Source: Longimicrobiales bacterium (lineage in GTDB: Bacteria > Gemmatimonadota > Gemmatimonadetes > Longimicrobiales > Gaopeijiaceae). From it: 64,000 nt of DNA. Made by a program: the position numbers and the translations under genes. Within the stretch, counting starts at the first letter, position 1. The number at the start of each line of letters is the position of its first letter. The notes below the pieces were generated by a model that was given only the letters and a program-made list of their open reading frames with translations, was not told where the DNA came from and searched no databases. Where the stretch lies: assembly GCA_965198065.1 (NCBI GenBank), contig CBDAON010000004.1, positions 1,568,001 through 1,632,000 of the forward strand, read 5' to 3'. Shown piece after piece: positions 30,930 through 40,629 of the stretch.

Positions 30930-31139
30930 CTAGCTTGTTCGGTCGCGTGGCTCCTGACGGCGGGCGTTGAGATAGCGACGCAGCACGAAAATCCCGATCC
31001 CGACCGACAGTAGGATCGGAACGGCGGCCATCAGGAGACCGCCCCAGAACATGCCGGTCATCAGCGCGGCGTCCGCTTGCACGGCCTGGTCCACTGGTCC
31101 TCTCAGACTCCGGCCCGTCTGGCGTGCCGACCATCGCAA
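30930..31139 (-). CDS. Small membrane protein at end of cox operon (start uncertain, possibly degenerate)
   Basis: One TM GMFWGGLLMAAVPILLSVGIGIFVL followed by RR. Confidence 0.35.
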   Translation of the reverse strand: MRWSARQTGRSLRGPVDQAVQADAALMTGMFWGGLLMAAVPILLSVGIGIFVLRRYLNARRQEPRDRTS

Positions 31140-31161
31140 TACGCGCCTGAGCGCTGGAAGG

Positions 31162-31437
31162 TCAGCGGAACTCCTGCATGACCACGAGGATCAGGATCGC
31201 GATCAGGGGGATCGGGACCGCAGCCAGGAGCCAGAGTCGCTTCTGCTCGAAGCGCAAGTGCATGTAGTAGAGTGCGACGAGGAGCGCGCTCGTTATCGAG
31301 ATGATCACGAGCAGCACGATGGCGAGCCACTTGAGCCCGATCGCAAGAGAGACCACAACCTTCCCCGCCATCAGGACCGCCAGAACCCCGAAGATGAGCA
31401 TGTAGGGCGGATGAACCGTCTTTTCACCCGTTTGCAT
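31162..31437 (-). CDS. coxD: Cytochrome c oxidase subunit IV family
   Basis: Y..IFGVL, LVALYYMHLRFE. Confidence 0.85.
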   Translation of the reverse strand: MQTGEKTVHPPYMLIFGVLAVLMAGKVVVSLAIGLKWLAIVLLVIISITSALLVALYYMHLRFEQKRLWLLAAVPIPLIAILILVVMQEFR

Positions 31438-31450
31438 GTGAGCTCCCCTC

Positions 31451-32077
31451 CTAGATCAGGTAGACGATGGTGAAGAGCACGATCCACACCAAGTCCACGA
31501 AGTGCCAATATAATCCCACGATCTCCACGGGGCCCAGCTTCCCCGAGCTGAATGCCCCCGTCCGGGCGCGAAGCAGCACCCCGGTCAGCGCGAACACGCC
31601 GATCGTCACGTGCGTCCCGTGGAAGCTCGTCATGAGGTAGAACGTGGAGCCGTACAACGGCCCGCCCTCCGCCGCGTATAGATCGACGACCGGAACGAAG
31701 CCCTCGCGTGCTAGGCCGACGTACTCGTACAGCTGGATCCCCACGAAGGCCGAGCCCATGATGATCGTAGCCAGGAGCCAGAACTGAAGCCCCTTCTGGT
31801 CGTCCTGCTGGATCGCGGCGTACGCCTTCACCATCGTCACCGAGGAGCAAATCAGCATGAAGGTGTTGAACGCCGTGAGCTCGATGGAGAGGACTGCCCC
31901 GGGCTCCGGGAACTGATCCGGGTGGGCGAAGCGCAGGATGATGTACGCCCCGATGAGGGAGGTGAAGAACATCACCTCGGACAAAAGGAAGATCCACATC
32001 CCGAGCTTCAGGTTGTAGAACTCGAACGTGCGCTCGAGCTGAGTCTGGCTCCTCACCGCCGCCGCGTGACTGGTCAT
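31451..32077 (-). CDS. coxC: Heme-copper oxidase subunit III
   Basis: KLGMWIFLLSEVMFF, FHGTHV, LYWHFVDLVW. Confidence 0.93.
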   Translation of the reverse strand: MTSHAAAVRSQTQLERTFEFYNLKLGMWIFLLSEVMFFTSLIGAYIILRFAHPDQFPEPGAVLSIELTAFNTFMLICSSVTMVKAYAAIQQDDQKGLQFWLLATIIMGSAFVGIQLYEYVGLAREGFVPVVDLYAAEGGPLYGSTFYLMTSFHGTHVTIGVFALTGVLLRARTGAFSSGKLGPVEIVGLYWHFVDLVWIVLFTIVYLI

Positions 32078-32088
32078 CGTCCGTCTCC

Positions 32089-33867
32089 TCAGCGGGCGGG
32101 GTGGTGGGCGGGGGTGGGGACCTCGGCGCCGCCGGGTTCCCATTGTGGGGTGAAGTCCTCGGGGGCCCCGGGGACGCTGTACTCGTGCGGTCCACGATAG
32201 ACCCTCGGGATCTCCCGGAAGTTGCCGTGCGGAGGCGGCGATGGGGCGGACCACTCGAGGGTGGTCGCCTTCCACGGATTCTCATCCGCCTTCTTCCCCC
32301 ACCGGATCGAGTAGAGGAAGTTCACCATGAAGATCATCTGGAACGCGAAGAGCGCGAACGCCGAGTACGAGATAAAGGTGTTCAGGGGCTGGAATTGCTG
32401 GAGGAACGCGTACTGGTTCGGGTCGTAGAGCCGGCGCATCATCCCCTGAAGGCCGAGCTCGTGCATGGGGAAGAAGACCAGGTTGTAGAACACGAACGTG
32501 CCCCAGAAGTGGATCTTGCCCCACAGATCGTTCATAAGAGTTCCGAACATCTTCGGGTACCAGTAGATGATCCCCGCGAAGATCGCGAAGAGGCTCCCCC
32601 CGAAGAGCACGTAGTGGAGGTGGGCCACGATGAAGTAGGTGTCGTGGATCAGGATGTCCACCGGTGTCGCGGCCATGAAGACGCCTGAGAGGCCGCCGAT
32701 GATGAAGAGCGCCACGAAGGCCACCGCGTGGAGGAAGGGCACGTGGAAGACGATGTTCCCCTTCCAGAGCGTCCCCAGCCAGTTGAACACCTTGATGGCC
32801 GATGGGACCGCGATCACGATCGTCGTGAACATGAAGGTGGTGCCGAGCATCGGGTTCATCCCGCTCATGAACATGTGGTGGCCCCACACGATCCATCCGA
32901 GGAACGCGATCGAACAGAGTGCGAGCACCATCGCGTGGTATCCGAAGATCGGCTTCCGAGCGCCGTTCGAGATGACTTCCGAGACGATCCCCATGCCCGG
33001 CAGAATGAGGATGTAGACCTCGGGATGCCCGAAGAACCAGAAGAGGTGCTGCCAGAGTAGCGGCTCACCCTGGTTTGCCGGGAGGAAGAACGTCGTCCCC
33101 ACCGCGTGGTCGAAGAACAGCATGATGATCGCCCCTGCCAGGATCGGCATGGCCAGGAGCGCGAGGATCGCCGTGATGAAGAGCGCCCAGACGCTGAGTG
33201 GGAGCCGGAACCAGGTCAGCCCCGGCGCCCGCATGTTGATCACGGTCGTGATGTAGTTCACGGCTCCCGTGATGGACGAGAAGCCCAGGATGAAGAGGGA
33301 GAGGAGCCAGAGCCGCTGGCCCCAATAAACCCCCGTAAAATCGCCGTCGGCCGAGAGCGGAGCGTAAGCCGTCCATCCCGAACCCGCGGCTCCACCCACA
33401 GTGAAGAAGCTCGCGAGCATCAGGAAACCAGAGGGTACCGCGAGCCAGAACGAGAGCATGTTCAGCCTGGGGAAGGCCATGTCTGGGGCCCCGATCTGAA
33501 GCGGGATCAGGAGATTCCCGAAGACCCCCACGAGGAGCGGCATGATCGCGAAGAAGATCATGAACGTGCCGTGCATGGTGAGCAGGGAGTTGTAGAACTC
33601 GGGTAGGATGATCCCCCCCGGTGCCATCGTTTCCGGGAGGACCGTCCCTCCCGGCATGGGCTGTCCCGGAAAGCCCAGCTGCCACCTCATCATCAGGGCC
33701 ATGATCCCGCCCAAGAGCATGAAGATCAGGCTCATGAACAGAAACTGCTTCCCGATCGTCTTGTGGTCCGTCGAGAAGATGTACTTCCGGATGAACGGGA
33801 TCTCCTCGTGGTGCTCCTCGGCATAGGGGAGGAGGTCGTAATCCGTTCTCGTCGCCGTCACGCTCAT
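32089..33867 (-). CDS. coxA: Cytochrome c oxidase subunit I, A1 type
   Basis: MHGT, WFFGHPEVY, WGHHMF, HDTYFIVAHLHY, GMMRR. Confidence 0.96.
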   Translation of the reverse strand: MSVTATRTDYDLLPYAEEHHEEIPFIRKYIFSTDHKTIGKQFLFMSLIFMLLGGIMALMMRWQLGFPGQPMPGGTVLPETMAPGGIILPEFYNSLLTMHGTFMIFFAIMPLLVGVFGNLLIPLQIGAPDMAFPRLNMLSFWLAVPSGFLMLASFFTVGGAAGSGWTAYAPLSADGDFTGVYWGQRLWLLSLFILGFSSITGAVNYITTVINMRAPGLTWFRLPLSVWALFITAILALLAMPILAGAIIMLFFDHAVGTTFFLPANQGEPLLWQHLFWFFGHPEVYILILPGMGIVSEVISNGARKPIFGYHAMVLALCSIAFLGWIVWGHHMFMSGMNPMLGTTFMFTTIVIAVPSAIKVFNWLGTLWKGNIVFHVPFLHAVAFVALFIIGGLSGVFMAATPVDILIHDTYFIVAHLHYVLFGGSLFAIFAGIIYWYPKMFGTLMNDLWGKIHFWGTFVFYNLVFFPMHELGLQGMMRRLYDPNQYAFLQQFQPLNTFISYSAFALFAFQMIFMVNFLYSIRWGKKADENPWKATTLEWSAPSPPPHGNFREIPRVYRGPHEYSVPGAPEDFTPQWEPGGAEVPTPAHHPAR

Positions 33868-33898
33868 TTCCGCGCCCTCGTGGGTTAAGGCATGCTGG

Positions 33899-34648
33899 TC
33901 AATTGTCCGCCCCGGTTCCGCCGCTCTGGCTGGCCGCACCACCGTTCCCTCCTGCGGCGGCCAGATTCTGGGCTCCTGGGGCGGCTCGCGTCGCGATCTG
34001 CTCAGCCTCCCACGCCTCGAACTCGGCCTGGGTCTGCACGATGACCGTGCCGTCCATCGTGTAATGACCGAACCCGCAGAGTTCGGCGCACCCCAGCGTA
34101 TACTCTCCGGTGGTCGTCACCTCGAACCAGATCGGGATCGTCCGCCCGGGAATCGCGTCCTGCTTGATGCGAAACGGGTACACGAAGAAGGAGTGGAGCA
34201 CGTCCTCGGACTCGAGGTGGATCACCACCGGTCGGTTCACCGGTATGTTCAGGCGGTTCAGGAGCGTGAAGTCATCGGCCGTGCGGAGCTGGCCGTCCGC
34301 GCCCGGATAAGCTGCCTCCCACTCGAACTGACGCGCCGTCAGGACGATCTCGTAGCCGTTCGTGGGGAAGGCGCTCGGGTCCTTGAGTCTTTCCCACACG
34401 CCTTTGCTCATGAAGGCCAGCCCGATCACGATCACGGAGGGCACGACGGTCCAGATCACCTCGGCCTTCGTGCTCCCGTGAGTGTATTCGGCCTTCTGAC
34501 CTTCTCTCGCCCGGTACCGGAACAGGAAGTAGACCAGGAGGACCTCGGTGAGGACGAACACCGCGCCCGTGACGATCAGGATGGCGTAATAGAGGCGGTC
34601 GATGTCCGCGCCGTAAGTCGACACGCTCTCGGGGAGCAACCAGTTCAT
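33899..34648 (-). CDS. coxB: Cytochrome c oxidase subunit II (CuA, no fused cytochrome c)
   Basis: EVIWT, DVLHSF, KQDAIPG, CAELCGFGHYTM. Confidence 0.95.
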   Translation of the reverse strand: MNWLLPESVSTYGADIDRLYYAILIVTGAVFVLTEVLLVYFLFRYRAREGQKAEYTHGSTKAEVIWTVVPSVIVIGLAFMSKGVWERLKDPSAFPTNGYEIVLTARQFEWEAAYPGADGQLRTADDFTLLNRLNIPVNRPVVIHLESEDVLHSFFVYPFRIKQDAIPGRTIPIWFEVTTTGEYTLGCAELCGFGHYTMDGTVIVQTQAEFEAWEAEQIATRAAPGAQNLAAAGGNGGAASQSGGTGADN

Positions 34649-34698
34649 TCGCTCTCGTCTCCTGATCCCGCCGCTGACGGGACTCGGTCAGAGGTTGA

Positions 34699-35556
34699 TC
34701 AAAAACCTGCGGCGCTCATGGCGACCGGCCCGTGGTCGTGCGGATCGAGCGGCTCCCCTAGCGGAACGACCGCGTTCGCGATCATCCCCTCGTTGAACGT
34801 GAACGTGACCTCAGCCGTCTGCCCGGTCGTCACGGTAACCGTCTGCTCCTGGGTCCCGAGCTGCGAGTGCCAGGCCTCGATTACGTACTCACCCGGCGGG
34901 AGATCTCTCAGATCGAAGGTACCCCCGGCGTCCGAGGCCGCGTGATACGGGTGCGAAGTTACCCCGACGAACGCGTACATCCACCCGTGCACGTCGCACT
35001 CGATCGGAATCATGATCTCGGGAGAGGCGAGCGTTCGATTCATCGTCGGGACCGCCCCTGGCATCCCGAAGTTGAAGGGCCGGTTCGTGGAGGGCGACCC
35101 GCTGACGTTGTGGAGCACGCCGTCCGAGTTACGGAACGTGAGAGTCTGGTCCGCTTGCACGCCGACGACGTGAGGGATGTATTGGCAGCCGTCCTGGTTG
35201 ATCTCGACCGCGGCGCCCGGCACGGGGAAGGTCATGCCCTCGAGCCCCTCCCTCACGTAGATGAAGACGTCGGCCAGGTGCCCGTCTGCGACCTTGAAGT
35301 CCTCGGTCGTGGGGGGCGTCGGGTGCTTGGCCGCACACGCCTCCTCCGAGGATACGTCGATCGGGGAGTTGGCGGGTGCCGTTCCCTCGAACATAACTAT
35401 CCCGCTCACGTGTCCGGCCGTTGCCACGTCGAAGGGCATCTCCGCCGGAGCGGCCGCGGCGCCGCCGCCACCGGAGTCTCCCCCTCCGCATCCCACGGCC
35501 GCGACCGTGAGAACCGCGGGTGCCAGGGCCTTGAACAGCCTCTGCTTCTTTCTCAT
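34699..35556 (-). CDS. Lipoprotein with cupredoxin-like copper site and carboxypeptidase-regulatory-like beta-sandwich
   Basis: AVGC lipobox; NQDGCQYIPHV, LHNV, CDVHGWM (C-x2-H-x2-M); DLPPGEYVIEAWH. Confidence 0.7.
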   Translation of the reverse strand: MRKKQRLFKALAPAVLTVAAVGCGGGDSGGGGAAAAPAEMPFDVATAGHVSGIVMFEGTAPANSPIDVSSEEACAAKHPTPPTTEDFKVADGHLADVFIYVREGLEGMTFPVPGAAVEINQDGCQYIPHVVGVQADQTLTFRNSDGVLHNVSGSPSTNRPFNFGMPGAVPTMNRTLASPEIMIPIECDVHGWMYAFVGVTSHPYHAASDAGGTFDLRDLPPGEYVIEAWHSQLGTQEQTVTVTTGQTAEVTFTFNEGMIANAVVPLGEPLDPHDHGPVAMSAAGF

Positions 35557-35559
35557 GGT

Positions 35560-37221
35560 CTATCCCTCCGGAGTGAGTTCAAGTTCAGGATCAAGTCGAA
35601 GCGCCTGCGACCGCAGGGGCCGCTTCCACCCCCCCTCCTGCTCCCGCTTCTTCGCGCGCCCAACGGCGAGCAGCCCGAGGCCTCCGGTGAGCAGGAAGGC
35701 GACGAACGGCGCGATATAGGTGGAAGGAGGCGTCTCCTCCTCGAGGGTGAGGAAGTACCAGGTGCTGATGGCACCTCGCGTTCCGTCTTCACCACTGTCT
35801 CCGTCCCAGGCGAAGAACGCGACCGGGACCGGTCGGCCGAGCTCGAAACGCAGCTCGCCCTCCCCATCGGTCGGCTCGAACGCGCGGTGGAACACGACTT
35901 GCCACTGTCCGTCTATCCACTGGGCGTCGGAGGTGAGGCCCCCCGCCCCCATCGTCTGGATGTCGCCGATCCCCCGGGCGGTCGCCCGCTGGGCCCCCGC
36001 CTGGTCGCCCTGCCACTGCCAGAGATGGACCGGCGTGCGCGAATCCCCCATAAGAAAGTACGGCCTATCCATCGCTTCCGGGATCTCGACCGGGAGCTGC
36101 ACCGTGAGCCGGTCGGGCCGCGCCCCGGGCTCCCGCCCCGTTCCCTGCGGCTGGAGGGAGGCGAGCACGCGGGGCTGCCAGAGCTCGAGCCACTGGGGAT
36201 CGGGGCTCTGGGAGCGGTCGGTCCAACTCACCCGGATCGCCAGCTCCGCGCTGTCGTGGATGCCCTGGACCCACACGGACCTCACCGCCGGTTCGAACGC
36301 CCGGTCGCCCGTGATGATCTGTCCGACGAGGGGAACGTAGAACGACTCCACGCCGTTCCAGCGCTCGTCCGAGGCCGTTGTCGGAACCCCGGTTCCCTCC
36401 TCGGCGCGCTCGACCACGATGACCTCCCGGACCTCCGGAGGATCCTCGGGAGAGAGGCTGCGCACGTAATGGGCCAGGCTCCACATCTGCTCGTCGGTCA
36501 TGAATCCCGCGTCGAGCAGGTCGGCGAACTGCGGCATCGGGGTCCCGTCGAGCCCGGTGCGGAGCCTCCGAGAGATGTCCTCGACGCTGCCGCCGCCCGT
36601 GAACCGCCAGTTCTGCGTGAGATCGGCCGCGTGAATGGGGTTCTCCCAGTCGTCCTCGAGCTCGGCCGAGCCCGGGCCGTCGCCTCGCCCCGTCTGGCCG
36701 TGGCACTGCCAGCACTCGATCTCGTCGTAGAAGCGGCGTCCCTCCTCGAGCCGCTCCTCAGAGGCGCTCCCCGCGCCGGAGAAGCTGAGCGGAGTGGGAG
36801 CCGGCAGGCTCTCGAACTGCGGATAGAAGCTCTTCACGTACTGGACGAGCGCCTGGCGATCGCTCTCCGGGAGGAGGTCCTCCCACCCGGGCATCGTCGT
36901 GCCCGGCATCCCCAGATTGATCACCTCGAGGATGTCGTCGTCCGTCGGGATGTCGCCACCGGCGGTCGTCCGAATCTGGAAGAGCCCCCGCGTGAAGTCC
37001 CTCGGCCTAGGCAGCATGTACTCGGCGGCCACGCCCATCCCGTCGCCCTGGAGACCATGGCACTGGGAGCACCACTGCTCGTAAACGACCCGACCGGGCT
37101 CGACGTCCTGGGCCTGAGCGGGCGCGGGGACGAGCGTGCCTGCTGCGCCGAGCGTGCTCGTCAGGAGCATTGAAACCATCGCGCCGGTCACTACCGCGGG
37201 GATGCTCGTGGTTGGGCGCAT
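35560..37221 (-). CDS. Diheme cytochrome c fused to an ethylbenzene dehydrogenase gamma-like (DOMON heme b) domain, with C-terminal TM anchor
   Basis: CSQCH, CWQCH, PRPRDFT; PYFLMGD..HLWQW, GQWQVVFHR, PVAFFAWDG; true start 37221 (ATGA overlap). Confidence 0.8.
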   Translation of the reverse strand: MRPTTSIPAVVTGAMVSMLLTSTLGAAGTLVPAPAQAQDVEPGRVVYEQWCSQCHGLQGDGMGVAAEYMLPRPRDFTRGLFQIRTTAGGDIPTDDDILEVINLGMPGTTMPGWEDLLPESDRQALVQYVKSFYPQFESLPAPTPLSFSGAGSASEERLEEGRRFYDEIECWQCHGQTGRGDGPGSAELEDDWENPIHAADLTQNWRFTGGGSVEDISRRLRTGLDGTPMPQFADLLDAGFMTDEQMWSLAHYVRSLSPEDPPEVREVIVVERAEEGTGVPTTASDERWNGVESFYVPLVGQIITGDRAFEPAVRSVWVQGIHDSAELAIRVSWTDRSQSPDPQWLELWQPRVLASLQPQGTGREPGARPDRLTVQLPVEIPEAMDRPYFLMGDSRTPVHLWQWQGDQAGAQRATARGIGDIQTMGAGGLTSDAQWIDGQWQVVFHRAFEPTDGEGELRFELGRPVPVAFFAWDGDSGEDGTRGAISTWYFLTLEEETPPSTYIAPFVAFLLTGGLGLLAVGRAKKREQEGGWKRPLRSQALRLDPELELTPEG

Positions 37222-38006
37222 CACTCGAGCTCCTCCCAGGTCCGAGGTGCAACCCCGGCCTGCTCGTAGAGGAAGATGGTGACGGCCCAGATCTCTTCCG
37301 CGGTCAGGAACTCCTCCCACGCCGGCATCGCGGAGTTCCAGGGCGCCCCTTCGCTGGGAAGGCCGGGTCCCCCCTTCGCGATTCGCCAGAAGACAAAGCT
37401 CTCGGTGAGCTGCGCGATAGTGCCGCCGCCCCGGAGGGTAAGAGGCTGGGGATTGAACCCCAGGGCGAAGTGCCCGAGCCCGTCCAGGTAGTCTCCATGG
37501 CACGCGAGGCAGTTCTGGTAGTAGACCCTCTTTCCGACCTCGAAGGCCTCCTCCACCCGTCCCTCTTCCCGGAGCGGGTTTTCGAGCCCGTTCAGGACCA
37601 TCGTCTCGCCCCGGAACGTGATCTGCGTTGGGTTCGCGGGATGGATGGAGCGGAGCGAGGGCGGGGCCGCGAACTTCGGGCGCACGGTGTCGTAGGTGAC
37701 GACCGCGACCAGCGCCGGGACGAGCACCAGGAAAGTGGCCCTCAGGATCCGGCGCTCGGGCTTCACGAGGAGGCTCCAGATCGGACCCTGGAATGTCCTC
37801 CATCTCTCCTCGTCGGAGCTGACCCACACCAGGAGCCCCACCAGCACGGTCACCGTATACTGGAACACGACGCTCGACGGAACCGGCGCGCTGGCAACAC
37901 CCAGGACGGGCGGGACATAGGGGATCCCGAAGCGGATCACGACGAAAGCCAGGACGACGACGAGCACCGACTGCCAGAATGGGTGCCCGAGGAAGTGTTT
38001 CATCAC
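37221..38006 (-). CDS. Membrane-anchored monoheme cytochrome c
   Basis: About three N-terminal TM segments; CLACH; SAMPAW distal Met. Confidence 0.85.
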   Translation of the reverse strand: MMKHFLGHPFWQSVLVVVLAFVVIRFGIPYVPPVLGVASAPVPSSVVFQYTVTVLVGLLVWVSSDEERWRTFQGPIWSLLVKPERRILRATFLVLVPALVAVVTYDTVRPKFAAPPSLRSIHPANPTQITFRGETMVLNGLENPLREEGRVEEAFEVGKRVYYQNCLACHGDYLDGLGHFALGFNPQPLTLRGGGTIAQLTESFVFWRIAKGGPGLPSEGAPWNSAMPAWEEFLTAEEIWAVTIFLYEQAGVAPRTWEELE

Positions 38007-38788
38007 TGCATTCCCGAGAGGTAGCCGACCACCGCCTCGAGCTGGGTGGCGGACAGGCGATCCCCGAAATTGGGCGGCATCATCATCACGAGTTCCTCGT
38101 ACCCTGCCGACGCCTCCGCCTGCGGATCCAGGATCGCGCGGCGGATCTCCTCGGGCGTGAGCCGGGCGCCCACCTGGGTCAGGGGGGGGCCCACCGGAGT
38201 GCCCTCACCTCCGATCTGATGGCACTGGAAGCAGAGGGTCAGGGTGATCACGGCGGGATCGGTGGAAGCGATCTCGAACCCGCCGGCCGGAGTGGCCCCT
38301 TCGGGCGCTGCCTCGGGCGGGATGTCCGCCCCTGTGACCGTGACCTCGCCGCCGTTCGACTCCAGGTACGCCACGATGGACCAGATCTGGGCCTGGCTCA
38401 TTGTGCGGTCTAGCGCCAGCATGATGGGCGGGAAGTCGTCCACGAGGTGATCGGTGGGCGCCACAAGGGATTGATGAAGGTATTCCTTGCAGGACAGGCC
38501 TGAGATACGGGTGCCGCAGCGTGCGCCGATCGTGCCCTGGCCCTCGTAGTCAGAGAGCAGGTTCGGCGCGCGCGCACCCGGAGACTCGGCGTGGCAGGCG
38601 GTGCATCCTCCGGCGCCGGTGAAGAGCGCCTCTCCGGCCGAGACGAGCTCCTCTGGGGAGATGTCGGCCCCGAAGGCCAGCACTTCCGGCACCTCGGACT
38701 GGACCTGTGGAATGATGTTGGCCACCAGCGTATAGAACCCGATGGTGGCGAGCACCACCCCACCGACCTTCAGATCTATCGAACCCAT
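38003..38788 (-). CDS. Diheme cytochrome c
   Basis: CTACH and CFQCH; PIM and MMPP distal Met motifs. Confidence 0.88.
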   Translation of the reverse strand: MGSIDLKVGGVVLATIGFYTLVANIIPQVQSEVPEVLAFGADISPEELVSAGEALFTGAGGCTACHAESPGARAPNLLSDYEGQGTIGARCGTRISGLSCKEYLHQSLVAPTDHLVDDFPPIMLALDRTMSQAQIWSIVAYLESNGGEVTVTGADIPPEAAPEGATPAGGFEIASTDPAVITLTLCFQCHQIGGEGTPVGPPLTQVGARLTPEEIRRAILDPQAEASAGYEELVMMMPPNFGDRLSATQLEAVVGYLSGMQ

Positions 38789-38802
38789 GACCCTCGACCC
38801 CC

Positions 38803-40629
38803 TCAGTGGCCCGGGGCGGGTTGGAGCCCCGTGTCCAGGTCTCGTCCACGCCCCTCTTCAGGGCCGCCAGCCATCGCCGGACGGGGCGCCGGCGTCGCCT
38901 CACGGGCCTTCACGGGGGCGATCTCCGGCTTCGCGATCATCCCCCCGATCCAGAACACGAACGCGATCATGGCGAGGAACAGGAGCACGCACCCGCTGAT
39001 GACCTGCGCTGCGTACCCGAGGGCTGGCGTGGCCGCATAGTCGCTAGTGTCGCGCAAGACCTCGTAGACGTGCCAGTGCTGCCGGATCCCGCTTCTCGCG
39101 AATCCCATGAGGCCCATGAGCCACGTGAAGGTCACGACCAGCACGAAGAGGGCGTATTGCGACCGCGGGGGCATCTGCCCCCAGCGGATCTCGCCCCGCG
39201 ACTGGGCGCGGCGCGCGATCAGGATGTCGAGCGTGAGGACGGCGAAGATCGTGAAGATGACGATGAGCACCTGGTAGACCGAGAAGCCGATCCGCACGAT
39301 CGCCGGGACGAAGTAGCCCCAGATCCCGTAGAACAGGACCACGAGTGCCGCCACCCCGATCACGATCCCCTGGGTGATCGTCCCCGTCTTTGCCCACGAC
39401 ACGGCGGGAATCTTGTTCGCGCGACGGTAGAGGAGGAACGACAGGAACGTGGTCAGGATCATCAGGTTCACAGCCGTGTTCTTCGCGCTCATGACCCCGA
39501 GGGCGCCGAGGAAGGGGTGGAACGTGCCGCCCATGGCGGTCAGCTCCTCCCGGTCGGCAATCATCGAATGGGGCGTGGCCCACACGATCACGCCAATCAC
39601 GAGAACGAGGAGCATCCATTTCGTGTAGGGCGCGAACCGCTCGCCCCCGGGGATCCGTCCCAGGCCCACCCAGAGATAGTAGTTCCCAGCCAGGAAGAGG
39701 ACGCCGATGAGGAAGGCCTGCACGATCCAGAGCCAGCTCATGAAGCCGCCCATCATCGTGACGCCCAGCTGCTGGTTGAACTCGTAGATCTCACGGCCCA
39801 GCCAGTACCCGGCGAAGGGGAGGAGAAGGAAGGTCCCGATCGCGATGAAGTTCCCGACGTAGCCCATCCAGTCGTAGTGCGCCCGCTCCTCCTCGGACTC
39901 GGACTTGAGGAAGCGGTACGCGGCGTACGCGGCCACGATCGACCCGCCGAACACCACGTTCGCGATGAGCCGGTGGATGTTGATGGGCATCCAGGTGGCG
40001 TTCGCGAAGGCGCTCCAGAACTGGACCGTCTCGGGAGCGACGTCCGGCGTGAGCTCCCCGGGAGGGCTCATCATGAACGTGATCCACGCGTTCGCGATGA
40101 ACATCACGACCGTTCCCCAGACGTTCAGGAGCAGCCCCAGCCCCCAGTGGACGAGCTTCGCGCGTCCCTTCTTCCAGTGCTCCCACCCGTAGTAGTACGT
40201 GTAGAGCGTCGCCGACTCGAGGAAGAAGAGCGCCGCGTAGACCCACATGGAAACCCGGAACACGGAGCTCAGGTAGCTCCAGAGCTGCGGGTACTGCGTC
40301 GTGAGGAGGAAGAGGAAGAGCCCCCCGAGGAGCGCCGTGGCGCTGTATGCCACGAGGAGGAGGCGCGTGAACTCCTTTGCGAGGCCGTCGTAGCGCTTGT
40401 CGGTCCCGAAAATCCCGATCGCCTCCGCGATCACGGCGAACATAGGCACGCCGAGCACGAAGGCGGCGAACATGAGGTGTACCTGGGCCACGATCCACAC
40501 GGCGGCCCGGCTCCCGATGAGCGGCACGTCGGCCCCGTACGCGGGCGGGGCATAGCCCTGAGCGAAGAGCGGGATCGCCACGGCGGTCGCGGCGAGTGCC
40601 AGGAGCCCGGGCAGGATCCTCCGCTTCAT
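38803..40629 (-). CDS. Cytochrome bd-like oxidase subunit I (CydA-like, no Q-loop)
   Basis: HLMFAAFVLG, FFLES, IANAW..FMMSP, IHRLIAN, MGFARSGIRQHW; 13 or more hydrophobic segments. Confidence 0.8.
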   Translation of the reverse strand: MKRRILPGLLALAATAVAIPLFAQGYAPPAYGADVPLIGSRAAVWIVAQVHLMFAAFVLGVPMFAVIAEAIGIFGTDKRYDGLAKEFTRLLLVAYSATALLGGLFLFLLTTQYPQLWSYLSSVFRVSMWVYAALFFLESATLYTYYYGWEHWKKGRAKLVHWGLGLLLNVWGTVVMFIANAWITFMMSPPGELTPDVAPETVQFWSAFANATWMPINIHRLIANVVFGGSIVAAYAAYRFLKSESEEERAHYDWMGYVGNFIAIGTFLLLPFAGYWLGREIYEFNQQLGVTMMGGFMSWLWIVQAFLIGVLFLAGNYYLWVGLGRIPGGERFAPYTKWMLLVLVIGVIVWATPHSMIADREELTAMGGTFHPFLGALGVMSAKNTAVNLMILTTFLSFLLYRRANKIPAVSWAKTGTITQGIVIGVAALVVLFYGIWGYFVPAIVRIGFSVYQVLIVIFTIFAVLTLDILIARRAQSRGEIRWGQMPPRSQYALFVLVVTFTWLMGLMGFARSGIRQHWHVYEVLRDTSDYAATPALGYAAQVISGCVLLFLAMIAFVFWIGGMIAKPEIAPVKAREATPAPRPAMAGGPEEGRGRDLDTGLQPAPGH

